A DNA stretch of 64,000 nucleotides from Callorhinchus milii (Eukaryota), in contig NW_024704743.1 in NCBI RefSeq assembly GCF_018977255.1, forward strand, positions 32,428,001 through 32,492,000. Reading direction: 5' to 3'. A program made the translations under genes and the position numbers. Each line of letters begins with the position of its first letter. Position 1 is the first letter of the stretch. Of this stretch, positions 1 to 12,900 are shown in pieces. The notes under the pieces were generated by a model. That model searched no databases. It saw only the letters and a program-made list of their open reading frames with translations, and was not told where the DNA came from.

Positions 1-1329
1 ATCGTGGAAATTCAGTACTTTTGCTGGTGTTTATTAAGTAAATGGTGCATTTTTTTGTCTTGGCTAATTTTAGTTGACTATTTTGAACAGCATAGCAAAA
101 GAAACATGACCTTCAGTTACACTTGAAATCAGATACCTGTTTCCACATTTTATACTATGTGGATAACTTGTACTCTGCTCATTTTAAGTTACAGTCGGCA
201 AGTGACATTGCCTCTGAAAGGAATGAGTGAGTACTATGGCTTCATTTCTAAGATTGCTCCTTAACTTCTGCAGTTACATGAGAGGGAGAAATTCACCTGG
301 TCATCTCTCTATTTGAGAGAACAAAAGGTATGCGTGCACAACTTGCATTTTACATCTCCTGTAACATCAGTGTCTTATGGCACTTTACAGTAATCCATGA
401 AGTTCTTGTCTGAGATGATGAGGTGGTCTTGCCAACAATACTAGGTATCTCAAAGTGCTTCACAGGATTTACTGTGAAGTGTAGTGACTTTATTTTTTAC
501 ATGAAGATGGCAGCATATTTGTGCACATCCATGAAATTAATTTATGGGTGGATAGGGGGGTGGCTAGGACACTGGGACGGACATTCATCCAATCAATCAG
601 ATTAGTATGATGCACAAAAAGAAAATTGTCTTGAATGGTGGCAAAGTATTTTGTGTGTATCTGGCAGCTTGTTTTCAGACCTTCTAAAGTGAAGATATGC
701 TGCTAGTCACAAAAAAGTTTTTGATACCATTCAAACTCTTGACCTTTTTAGTGGATCATAATTTCAGGCTCAAAAGGCATCCTACTTGAAGTCAACTCTG
801 CCATTTCTCCTACTCTATATTCTCCAACTTCACCCAAGGAAGAAAAAACATCTCTTCAGTTCCCACACCTGAAGATATTTTTAGAAATGGTAAATTTCAA
901 GTATAAATTCTGTTCTGTACAGTTGTCTGATCTCATTTGGGCCTTAACCCACAAAATATACAGACACTGTACAGTATGTTCTGTGAAGTGCTTTGAGATG
1001 TCTCGAAGATGTGAAAAGGCGCTATATAAAATGTAAGGATTACTATTACCCCTCTGCCTTGTGATTCAGATAAATGTGGAGGAATCCCCACTATTACTAT
1101 TTCAATGACGCACAGATTTCGTTCCTCCTGGTTCTCCCAGTTTTCATAATCCAAATTCATACTTCATTCAATTTAATTTGCAACGCAACTAATTGTAATT
1201 TAGTGGGTGCTGCTGGTGCAAATTACTGTAGCTGTTGTGTTTACTATTTAATGCCATTCACTTAATTTCTAAATAATTTCATTCTGCAATTTGTTCCAAG
1301 AGATTTGTTTTATGAGAAATGCACCATAT

Positions 1330-1330
1330 T

Positions 1331-1363
<33 letters not shown>
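1330..1363. repeat. (TA)n(CA)n microsatellite
   Basis: Seen directly. Confidence 0.9.
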
Positions 1364-2399
1364 GTATTGTCCTCACGTCTATCGTCCTTCTCTACCACCA
1401 CCAATTATTCCATCTGCCTCGTGCCGGTGTCCTCTAAATTTCTCTGAATCCTCTTCCTATCATTCCTCTGCGCTGATGATTCAGTTGTTAGTTCTCCTAA
1501 ACAGAAAGACTAATCTTTGTTTTCGTGTTCCCTCTAATCATGACAGCCTTCGAAAGACGTTCCTCCCATAATTCCATTAATTTCAACCATGAGGACTGAT
1601 GTCAAGTTTATCCCTGCCACGCGTGCTATATCTCCAGCTTTGCCAGATTTAAAGATCTGTATCCTGATAGTCTGCCTCCTACTGTCTCAAGCTTTGGTGT
1701 GCCTTCTCCTAAAGCATTTTTCCTTGTAAATTGCCTTGTGTTCATCCTATTGCTAAGAAAAGTTACCCCTCAAAGTGCTGCCTATTCAATCTCAAATGAC
1801 CAATCACGTTCAAAGTTCTTGGCCTGATTTATGATTTATGCTTATCGCATGGCTTTTAAACTCATGATCTTCCCTATATAACACAAGCCCCGAAAGAAAT
1901 GCCTACACCTACTCTGTCTTAACCCTTCACATATTTCCCTTAAGGTAAAATGAAACTATTGTCCCATTGTGATGGTACAGGTATATATCACATGTAGGTC
2001 ACCCAATGAATATGCTGGATGTGATGATCAAGAGGCGGTAATATGATCCCTATTTGTGCAGTTGTCTTAACTGCTGTGTTCCCCGCACAAAACACAGTCA
2101 CAATACTTTCCAGTATATCCTATGAAGGGACGTCCTAATAAGAAAGATGGTGTACAAAATTTAAGGATTATTTTATTGTTTATTGGGGTCAAATCTTTTA
2201 CCCCACCCCAACCAAAAAAATTACATGCGAAAATTGGCTGTAGCATTTGTCTTCAAATCCTCCCAACATAAACTTGTTATCGACAAGATGGAATCCACAC
2301 TCCAATGTCTTCTCCCTGTGGCTCTGACCTCCCTGGCCTTTCCCTAAGACTTACTGAACCTATAAGTAACTGAGGCGTCAGGTTCGATCCCTAACTTTT

Positions 2400-3045
2400 C
2401 TTCCCTACATTCGGTCCCTGACCAGGACTGATTTCCTCCACCTCTGTTACACTGCCCACCTATGACCATACCTCACACCCAACACGCAAAACCCTGGTCT
2501 ATGCCTTCCTCACTTTCCATCTCGACTATTCCAATGTCCGCCTAGGCCGGTTTCCTCAGCTCCACTACGCACAAACTACAACTGATTCAGAACTCTTTCC
2601 CCCCCCCCCCCGTACACTCGCCAACACTGAACTCCGTCCTCACCAGGCTCCACTAGCTCCCTATCACATAAAGGATCAATTTCAAGATCCTCTCATTCAT
2701 GTTCAAATCCCTCCATTCCCTGGTGGTTCTCTACCTTTCCAACCTGCTTTCTCCGACCTGCTGCCTCCTCTAGGCTGGCTCTGGCCGGCTCGGTCCTCAG
2801 CCCCTCCGCTCCGCCATCGGCGACCGCTCTTTCAGCCACTACGCCTCGAAGCTTTGGAACTCTCCCTCAATCCCTTCATGTTGTCCCCCACCCTCTTTTA
2901 GGTCACGAATGACCTTCCTCTTCGACAGTGCTTACGGTCACCTCCTCCCCACGCACCCCCCTCCCCCAGCTCAGCGTCAGGCTCTGCCACAGGTAAACGC
3001 TCCAAGACTCTGCCCCGCTTGAAGAGCGCGATATCAATCCAAGGT
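2400..3045 (+). mobile_element. L2-clade LINE 3' fragment
   Basis: Degenerate TLVYAFLTFHLDYSN..KLQLIQN; similar to the other L2 copies in the window; boundaries approximate. Confidence 0.75.
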
Positions 3046-3267
3046 GTCAAATGCAACGATTATTATGATGTTTAATATACTGAAAAGTCAGCTGGTGTCG
3101 TTTCTGGGAAACGGAGAGAAGATAAATGAAAAGTCCAAATTTAATGGTGACACTGTCAATAAATGACATTGTCAGCAACGCCCAAATAGGTGCATTAACA
3201 TTTAACAATATTTTAAACAGAATAATATTGTATGTTGCCACCTACCTCTTTCACTCCCTTACCACCA

Positions 3268-3400
3268 GAAATTGAAAGAAGAAAGAACAGACACCAAAAA
3301 TCCACCCTACCCTCTTATTTTTTTGGAAATTAAATACGAGAAACAGCAGATCAATTTGCCAGATGTTGGCTTTTACTTTCGGTTCACGTCAAATGAAACT
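3268..3400 (+). promoter_or_regulatory. Putative IRF/ISRE-containing proximal promoter of the TRIM gene
   Basis: GAAATTGAAAG at 3268-3278 (GAAANNGAAA); ACTTTCGGTTC at 3375-3385; CACGTCA (CRE-like) at 3385-3391; AAATGAAACT at 3391-3400. Confidence 0.4.
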
Positions 3401-3415
3401 TAAATTCACAGGGAA

Positions 3416-3982
3416 ATGGCAACATCGGAAGCAGTCGTTTCAGGGGAAAGTCTCAATTGTGTGAAATGTCTGAAATTGTGTAAGAATCTGGTTTTGATTC
3501 CTTGTGGCCACAGTTGCTGCATGGGATGTATAAAAAAGTGCGAGGATCAACAAGGTTGCTTTAGTTACAACTGTTCCCAGTGTCGTCAAAGCTTTTCTCC
3601 AAAGACTCCTCTTAGTGAAAACACCATTTTGTGTGAAGTGGTGAAAGATTTCAAGACACACGCGAGTTCTTTAGTCAGTGCAGGGGATGTGACCTGTGAT
3701 TTCTGCACTGATTGCAAAGTGAATGCCGTCAAGTCCTGCCAGCAATGCACAGCCTCATTCTGTGAAAGGCACCTTGCTCCTCATCAAGAAAACGCTGCAT
3801 TTGGAGACCACCGCCTGACTGATCCGGTGGACTATATGAACAGAAAGGAATGCACAACACACAAGGCACCTCTGGTGTTCTTCTGCAAAACACATAACAT
3901 GTGCGGCTGCAGGACCTGTGGAATAATGGATCACGGAGCCCATGAAGCTGTTCCTGTGGAGGAAGTAATTCCTGAAATAAAG
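3416..3982 (+). CDS. TRIM exon 1: RING (C3HC4) + B-box1 + B-box2, TRIM25/TRIM16/finTRIM-like
   Basis: [23 protein letters not shown]-box1 [28 protein letters not shown]-box2 [26 protein letters not shown] in GAAATGG context; donor AAG|gtaaat. Confidence 0.95.
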
Positions 3983-6900
3983 GTAAATGTTTTTGTGCAG
4001 TTGTCAAAAGATTTCAAGATCATAGAATTATACAGCACAGAAGGAGGCCATTTGGCCCATCGTGTCTGTGCCACCTCTTTGAAAAGAGCTATCCAAATCA
4101 ATCCTTCACCCCCGCTCTCTCCCCATAGCCCTGCAAACTTGTCCTCCCCAAAAAATTATCTATTATATAATGATCTAAAAATCTGTTTGGATAAAGAATA
4201 CTGTTACTGCCCCTCCCCCCACATCACAGCATCAAGCTGCTTTTTAAATGAGACCAACTTTCCCAGCAACTTGTCAAGGAGATAGACGTTCGGCAAAATA
4301 AATTGTAATGGAAACACAATTTAATTTTGTAATTTGTGTAATAGTGTAATAATAATAATATTTACATTTGATTTAGCACCTATAACGTCAAAACATCTCA
4401 AAGTACTTCACAGAGCATTGCTGTCAAGTACTGACTGTATTTGAGGAAAAACACAGCAGGCAATTTGCATTCAGGAGAGTACCACAAACAGCCATAAAAG
4501 TAAATGGCCAATTTGTCTAGATCAGGGTGGTCCAACCTTTTGGCTGTCATGGGCTGGATTCCTTATCTGAGAAACGCCTGCGGGCCGTATAAGCAATATT
4601 TTGGTATTTCCCTTCCAGAAATATAATATTTACACAGCACCTTCTTCATGTCAGCTGTGATGTCTGAAAGCACTTGACGCTACCAGCGGTGGGAATCGAG
4701 AGAGGTGGGATGGGGAGGGGAAAAGATCACTGTAAGCATGGAAAAAAGAATTAGGTGCTTGAAGGAGAGAAGGGGATAAACGAGTCGTAGGATGGAGCTC
4801 CAGAGAGCGGGCGCAAAATGGCAATGGTGGGACAGATGGGGTGGGGTGGCATGAAGAAAGCTGCTGTTTGCTGGGCAAAGGGAACGGCCAGGTCAGGAGG
4901 TTGCAGAGGTGGAGGGTGGTGGGCAAAAATGAAGGATTTAGAGGAGTTTCTCACTGGGGAAAGAGGAAGTTGTCTGAACCACAAACTGCTGCTCTCGCTT
5001 CATTTCTCTCTCTCGCTTGCTCTCTCTCTCTGCTCCCTCTCACTGTCTTTATTTCTTTGTCTTACTTTCTCCCTCATGCTCTTTTAATAATAATAATCCT
5101 TGCATTTGATATAGCGCTTTTCACGTCGGGAGGACATCCCAAAGCGCTTCACAGAACACACTGTAAAGTGAATTGACTGTATATTTGTGGGCGAACGTGG
5201 CAGCCAATTGCGCACAGCAATGTCCCACAAACAGTCGTAGATTGAAAATGACCAATTTTTTTTTGTTTTGGAGGGATTATTATTAGGAGTGTGGAGTAAG
5301 GAAACTTGCCCAAGGTTTCGCCTGGAATTGAACTCAGGTCTCTCGCTTGCAAGGCGAGTGCTCTAACCACTGAGCTACCAATTGTCCCCAGACTTTTTCT
5401 CTCTCTCCCTCAATCACTCTCTCTCCTCTGTCTCTTGCCTCTCTCTCACACACACTCTCTCTGCTCTCTCGCTCTTTCTCTCTCTCTCCCTCCCAAACAT
5501 TCAGGAAATAATGTACAATGAAAAATCATCTTTATTTATAGAATGAATTTCTTGCCAAAGAATCTGCCTCAGAAAAACAGATTGAAGTGACTGAAGCTCA
5601 GATCGGAAATTGCCAGCAAAACGTGGAGTTTATCATAGTAAGTTTCTGATGGTGAGAAACACATAAATATGTGTTGCGAATGACATCATCCACGGACATG
5701 GGCCTGATGTATGCGGGTTTCACCCAATTCTGCTCTCTGCCTCCACCCTTGACTCCATGACCACTGCTGTCCTGACAGAATGTCTGTCAGACATCAAGTC
5801 CTGGATGAGAGCCAACTTTCTCCAGTTGAAAGTCAACAAGACTGAGGCTCTCCTGATTGGCTCCTGTCAGCGCCTCCTCACCTCAGGCACTGACAGCATC
5901 ACCATCCATGGTTGCACACTCCACCTTACTAAGCTAACCTTGGGGTCTTGTTCGACCCTCAACTATCCTTTCTACCCCACATTTACGTCATGACTCTCTC
6001 TGCCTTCTCCCACCTCCTCAAAATCACCCGGCTCTGCCACTGCCTCTCCCCTCAGGCTGCCGAGACCCTCATCCACGCGTTCATTACATCTAGTCTTAAC
6101 CATGCTCACTCCTGCTTGTCTGGGGACAACTCTTCACAAGTTGCAGATCATCCAGAACTCTGCAGCTTGTTTCCTTTCCCGCACCAGGCTCTATGACACC
6201 ATCACACCCACGCTCGCCCAGCCCCAATTCCCCCCCCCATCCCCCAGAGGATGTCCTCAACTTCAACTCTACAACTGAATCGGGGCCAGGCATTTTATCT
6301 GGTTTATCTGGCATCCTGGGTTAACTAACGTCCGGCCTAAGAGGCTTCCACTGTACCTGTACAGTTATCTGGAGATGCTATCAAATTATACATGGGGCAT
6401 ATGGTCAATAGTAAATGTGAGGTTTTCCAAATTGTAGGGAGAAGGTTACATGGGAAGACATCGCTGAAGAAAAGATGGGAAGGGACATTATTCAGATCTT
6501 TCAAATATTGGCTGGCATATATGACAACAGGTTATTGCTTATTCTTGCTCTGCTAAACCCTTCACCATGTCGGTCTGCACCACAACCACCAGCCTCCACC
6601 CCTATCTCACAGCCAATGCCACTTAAATACTCATGCTTTCATCACAGGCAATGCACTCCTCAATGGAGTTTCCTAGCTATTCTATTCACCAGCTGCATCT
6701 CATCCAAAACTCTGCCTCCAGCATTCTCACCTGAACCAAACTCTGCATACCCCAATCTTCCCTTGGCTCCCAACGGATTGATTTCAAGGTCTTTAACCAC
6801 GCCCCCCAAACTGCACCTCCTGACTTCTCTGATCTTCCCCTAACCTACCCCTCTGCTTAGCCACCTCATGCTTGGTGCTTGCTGCATGTGCTCTCCATGC

Positions 6901-9900
6901 AGGCATCAGTAGCCTTTAGTTCTTACACCCTAAACCTCTGGAACCCCCACTCTCAACCACTCTGTTTTGCTCCCTCTTTAAGTCCTGCCTCAACTTCTAC
7001 GTCTGTGAGTGTCCTTATGGCTTCCTCCCCTTCCCCCATCTCCAACCCCATCCCTGTAAAACACTCCAAGATATTACTCTATGTGAAGGTCGCTATATAA
7101 TTGTAAGTTGTTGTTGATGATACTGATGTTGGTTTAGACTAGTGGTGGCCAACCTGTGGCCTGTGGGCCGGAAGTGGGCCTTGGGGCCATCAAGAAGCGT
7201 CCCCTTCCCCCCTCCCACAAACATTTGCACAAGTCTAGGTACGTCCTTATTGGATCGGTAGTGTGATTTCAGTTTTTTCTTGATTGAATATATTTTAATT
7301 GATAATAATCCTTGCATTTTTAATAATAAAAATAATTAATAAGAACATAAGAATTAAGAGCAGGAGTAGGCCATTCGGCCCCTCGAGCCTGCCCCACCAT
7401 TCGATAAGATCATGGCTGATCTTCTGACCTAACTCTAATTACCTGCCCTATCCTCATATCCCCTAATTCCTCTATTTTTAAAAAATCTATCAGTCTCAGC
7501 CTTGAAGATGTTCAAGGACTGAGCATCTACAGCCTTCTGGGGTAGTGAATTCCATAAATGTTTCCTCAACTCTGTTCTAAAAGGTTGACTCTTAATTTTA
7601 AGACTGTGACCCCTGGTTATAGATTCTCCTACCAGGGGAAACAGACCTTCAGTGTCTACTTTATCAGCCCTTTAAGAATCGTATATGTTTCAATAAGATC
7701 CCCCCTAATCCTTCTGTACTCTAGAGAATATAGCCCTAGTTTATTCAGCCTATCCTCATAGGTCAGTTCCCTCCTCCCAGGAACTAACCTGGTGAATCTA
7801 CGCTGCACCCCCTCTAGGGCAAGTATATCCTTTTTGAAATAAGGAGCTCAAAACCGCACACAATACTCCAGGTGCGGTCTCACCAAGGCCCTATACAGTT
7901 GCAGCAACACTTCCCTACTCTTGTACTCTAAACCTTTTGCAATGAACGCTAACATGCCGTTCGCCTTCTTAGTTGCTTGCTGCACCTGCAAACTAACTCT
8001 TTGAGACTGGTGTACAAGGACACCCAAATCCCTATGAACACTAACACTATCTAATCTCTCCCCCTCTAGAAAATAATCTGTTTTTCTATTTTTTCTACCT
8101 AGGTGAATAACTTCACACTTCCCCACATTAAATTCCATCTGCCACCTACTCGCCCACTCCCCAAGCCTATCTATATCCCGTTGCAATCTTTTTGCATCAT
8201 CCTCAGAGCTTACTCTCCCACCTACTTTAGTGTCATCCGTGAATTTAGATACGTTACATTCAATGTCCTTGTCTAGATCATCTAATAATCAAGAAATATT
8301 CAATCATAAAAATTGATTTTATTGGCCGACCATAAAGGTTGGCAATCGTGATTTACACACTCAGCCCAGAACTACAGATTATGAGGCTAAGTCCCAACTG
8401 AAGTGAACAAATATGAATGGACACAGATACTGGCGTTCTCAGGCCCAGGGAGGAAAACTGTGGAGTTTGAGCAGTGAAGAGATGAGAATGGGTGTTTTGT
8501 TTGATTACCTTTGATGATTAGGTAGAGGTTTCCCTTAGGTAAAGAGAATGAATGGTGCAGAGACAACAACAACAGCAACAAAATTACATTTATAGAGCGT
8601 CTTTCACATCGTGAGGACGTCCCAAAGTCAGGTGTTGGGCCGAGCATGGGGGAGGGGTGGTATAGGGGTGAGGGAAGGCAGAGAGGTGGGAGGGAGACCA
8701 AAGGCACGGTCGAAGAGAAGACGACCTAGGCTGGTATGATCTGTGGCTTGATGGATCAAATGAGCTTTACTCATTCCATGTATTCTTGTATTCTTATTGT
8801 TGACAATAAATTAGATAATATACATTGCATTTATTTTAATTGTATTTTCTGTACTTGATCAGAGTTCTTCACAAAGAGTAAAAGCTAGCATCGCAAGCAA
8901 GTTAACCGACTTAATCAAAACCATTGAAAACACACGCACGGAATTGATTGAGCTTGTGGAGATTCAGGAGAAAGAGGCACTGGAGCAAGAGAATAGCATC
9001 GAGAAGCAACTGAGAGAGAAATGTACTGAGGTGAAAAATGATCAACTTCAGCTACAAACATCGTTGAACAGCAGTGACACGTCTGAACTTTTACAAGTAA
9101 AACTTAAAAACGTAAGCGCTCAGAGACTCTACCCTGCATGGAGGGTGCTACATAAGTGCATGATGTTGTTGTTGTAAAAGAATTGCAGCTGCACAATTCT
9201 TAAAAATAACACCTGCATGTTTCTTTACTCCTTATATTTGTACTGATGATATTGGAACATAATACAGTGTACTTATCAGGTCTAATTTGTGGTATTTCTT
9301 AATGGGATTTATTAATAATTTGACACAATCAACTTCTGGAGCAAAGTTCATGTGGGTCAATTGGAATTCTATCATGATTCCTTTTTAACTAATTATGTTA
9401 TACTGGAAATGAAGTACCGATGTGATATAAATTATCTTTTGACCGCAATAAAAATTGCTTTCTGATCATGGTACAAATTGCTTTCTTACAAAATTAATAA
9501 TAATTATTATTAACTTCAGAACCTGAATTCAATTTGAATTTCCTATTTCCCAAGATTATCCACTCACCTTTAAGTCTTTACAAATATTTTGCTCATGTTG
9601 TTTTCAGCTTGAAGACCAAGTGAACTCTGGGCTTTGGTTAAAATTTAACCAACTTTGCCTCGTCTGTTTTAAGAATAAGGTTGTTATTAGAAGTCATTTT
9701 AAGCTTTTGCCCGAGATGTTCTGAAAATGTCATCTTTTTCAGAATATTACTGCAATATTTCAGGTTCTTTTCCATGCTCATACCTTGGGAATGGAATATT
9801 AATTCCGTTGCATTATTGCTAAACATACCTTAACTCTCTATTGTCAGACTGAGCAGCTTGTTGTATCCCAAGGATCAAATTTGTGGCGTTCTGTAGCGTA

Positions 9901-12900
9901 GTGGTTAGTGCGAGAGATGACAGGTTCGATTCTTGGGTGGGACGAAACCGTAGGCAAGTTTCCTTACTCCACACGGCTCTGTTAACCTAGTAGAACATAG
10001 GAACCCCATTGTTAGTTGAATAGCGGATCGATTTCCAAGGGTAATAATTCCTCCCCCAAAAAATTGATCATTCAAACCACAACTGTTTGTGGGACACTGC
10101 TGCCATGTTTCGCCCACAAAGTGTACACTCAATCCATGTTACAATATATTCTGTGAAGGTCTTTGAGACATCTCAGCAATGTGATAAGGTGCTATATCAA
10201 ATGCAAGAATTATTATTATAATCACAGACTCTGGAAATTATAATTTCAAAATACTTTCAAAGGGAAATTGTGGCACAATGTAACAATTTAGTAGGGTGGG
10301 GGAAGGTATTGTCAGAAGATGTTTAGAAATATTTGACCAACCTAAAAAAAATATAAAGAACATCTGTAAAAATGTTTCATTTATTTCATAAGGTCTGTTG
10401 AGGTTTATATTCTCCTCCTAATCCAAAATTTATCCCCAAATTCAAATTGATTGGCTGCTTATCTAATTTTATTTAAGGACCATTGCTGGTGTAGATTAAA
10501 CTTTCGTGGCTCCCTTCACGGATCCAAATATAAGATTCTGGCAAACAGAATAAACTGGTCTTTTCTGGCCAAATCTTTCAACTTAGATATCAAGAGAGCA
10601 GTTAACTCGATTATTAACCTAATTTTGAACTCAACAGTCACTTATAATAGCAACCAGGTTTGATGATTTTCCTTTCTCTTACCAAACTAGGAATTCAAGA
10701 CTTTAAAAGTCCAAGGAAGGGAAATTGATCTGCCCAACTCAACGTTTGCTCTGTTTGTCAAACTTGCTGCTGCAGAGAATGTCGTGACAAAACTATCCAA
10801 CCATATTGAAGGAAAACTGAAGCTTTCTGTCATCAAGAAGAGGATACAAGGTTAAATAAAAAAAAACATTTTATGTTTAATGCGGCATTTTATATTGTGT
10901 TTTTCATAAGAACTTTTATTCAATTGGCTGAACCTTATTGTACTATTAGAACAAAGCAGTTTAACAATCTAAGAGGTACCTCATGTTTCATTGTATTTTA
11001 TTGCTATGGCTTTGAGGATTTTTGAAACAAGATTGTACAGGTTTTCCTTCAGTTATATAATGACTATTGCTGGCATGACATTGCTGTTTGACGGAGCTGG
11101 GGTGATGCTGTCCTTCAATAGAAAGCTTCCTAATATTGTCTGTGGGTTGGCACTCTGCCTCTTCACCCCTGAATCTAGGTTTAATCCGGACAAGACCTCA
11201 TCCTCTCAGCAATAAGATCTAGGTGAGCGATTTGGAGATTCTATTTTGTTCTGTGAATTTGCATTCTAGAGGATGACAGGAGAGTAGTTTTAAATTGGGA
11301 AATAAGGGTGGTTTTAAATTGGGAGATTTAAATTGGGAGATTGGGTGACTAAATCAACAAGATTAAAAAAAAGTCAAACATGAAATAAATGAAACAACAT
11401 ATGAAATACGTGCGGCTATGTTTTGTGTGAGAGAAACTTTGGGAGGGAGAGATTAGGAGAGAGCACTGTGAAAGCACTTTGGGAGAGAGGAGAGCTGGCT
11501 GGCACTGTGTGAGGATACAGGAAGAGTGAAGAGGTATTGTGTGAGAACTCATTTTAAAATAAAAGGCTATTCTCTCTCTCTGACGTAACCCCAGTTCTGA
11601 AACTGCTGTTCAGAATTCCACCATGAAGCAGAATATCCTGGTCTCGCTCGTGAAGAGGCATGTGTTCAACTAACTTCAGAAATCATTCAAGAGTTCAACA
11701 ACAACAACAAGTTGAATTTTATATAGCGCCCTTCATGCCAGACGCTGGGAAGAGCACTATATAATTCGACTTTTCTCCATATTGAGGGCCTTCTTAAAGG
11801 GCAACTTTTGTGTTGGGTTAAGTACAGTGAATGATGTGTGCTTAACCCTACATCTGTCCTATGATATATTGTTGGAATTGTTGGAATGATATCAACATGT
11901 CAATCTATCTCTGGAATTTCCATGTGTGGGTGGAATGCAATGAATTCTCAGCTTGGTTAGGATACTCTTAATGGGTTTCTGCATGTGATGGATTCCCGAC
12001 TGTGGTTGCAGACAGTTAGGGCAGTGCAGCCAATCTACAGAACTGAGATTCGTTTCACTGAGTCCAATAGTGCCTTTGTCTTGTCTCAGCCAATTCCGCA
12101 CAACAGTGTCCCACAAACAGTCGTGAATTGAGTGACCAAATTATTATTATTGTTTTTTCTTGAGGGATTATTATTCCCGGAAAAGCGATCCGCTAATCGG
12201 CTAAGAGCCAGGTTCCTACTTACTGTTAGGTAAACAGAGACGTATGGAGTAAGGAAACTTGCCCAACAATTCGCCCTGCCAGGAATACAACCCAGGGCTT
12301 TCGCTTGTGAGTGATCTAACCACTGAGCTACAGGACTCCAATATCCTGTAACAAATTCATACTACTCTGGATTTATGGTTGTTTGGGCCTGGTGACAGAG
12401 ACTGTCTCTTCTCCCAATCCCAGGATAGGGTAGTGGGGCAAGAGATTCTCACAATGGGATTATTCGGGTCTAAGCAGTGTATTGCTAGGTACAGGATAGC
12501 CATGGATTGGATTTTACCCTTACTTTTCCCTTTATCCTCAAGAACAAGGAGTTGTGAAGCCAACCTTCAAGTTCAGTTCCTCCTCATCCACTGCCACAAA
12601 CACTGGGGGTTCCAAACCCTCCAGCATATTTGGCAGTTCTGCATCCGCATCAAACACATCACTGCTGGCAGCTCCAGTACAGACCAATACCACTGCAATC
12701 AGTTTCAGAGTTCGAAATGACTCAGAATCGACTGCACCCTTCTCATTTGACTCTACACCCAGCAACAGCAACACTACATCATCTGTGTTTGCATTTCGAG
12801 CTCCAGCTACGACATCTAATTCAACAGGTAAAGAATACTCAATGTGTCAAAGGATACCTTGCAGGTTATTTGTAAATTAATGTACTTTCTGGATTGCTGA

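Noticed and set aside
3983..4285. C-terminal 100 aa of the 289-aa ORF
   Set aside because: Read-through into intron 1 past the donor at 3983; includes an antisense CR1 3' end
11595..11626. Possible alternative acceptor giving an RBCC-only protein ending [10 protein letters not shown]
   Set aside because: The acceptor is plausible but has no homology or poly(A) support; kept only as a caveat to the fusion model
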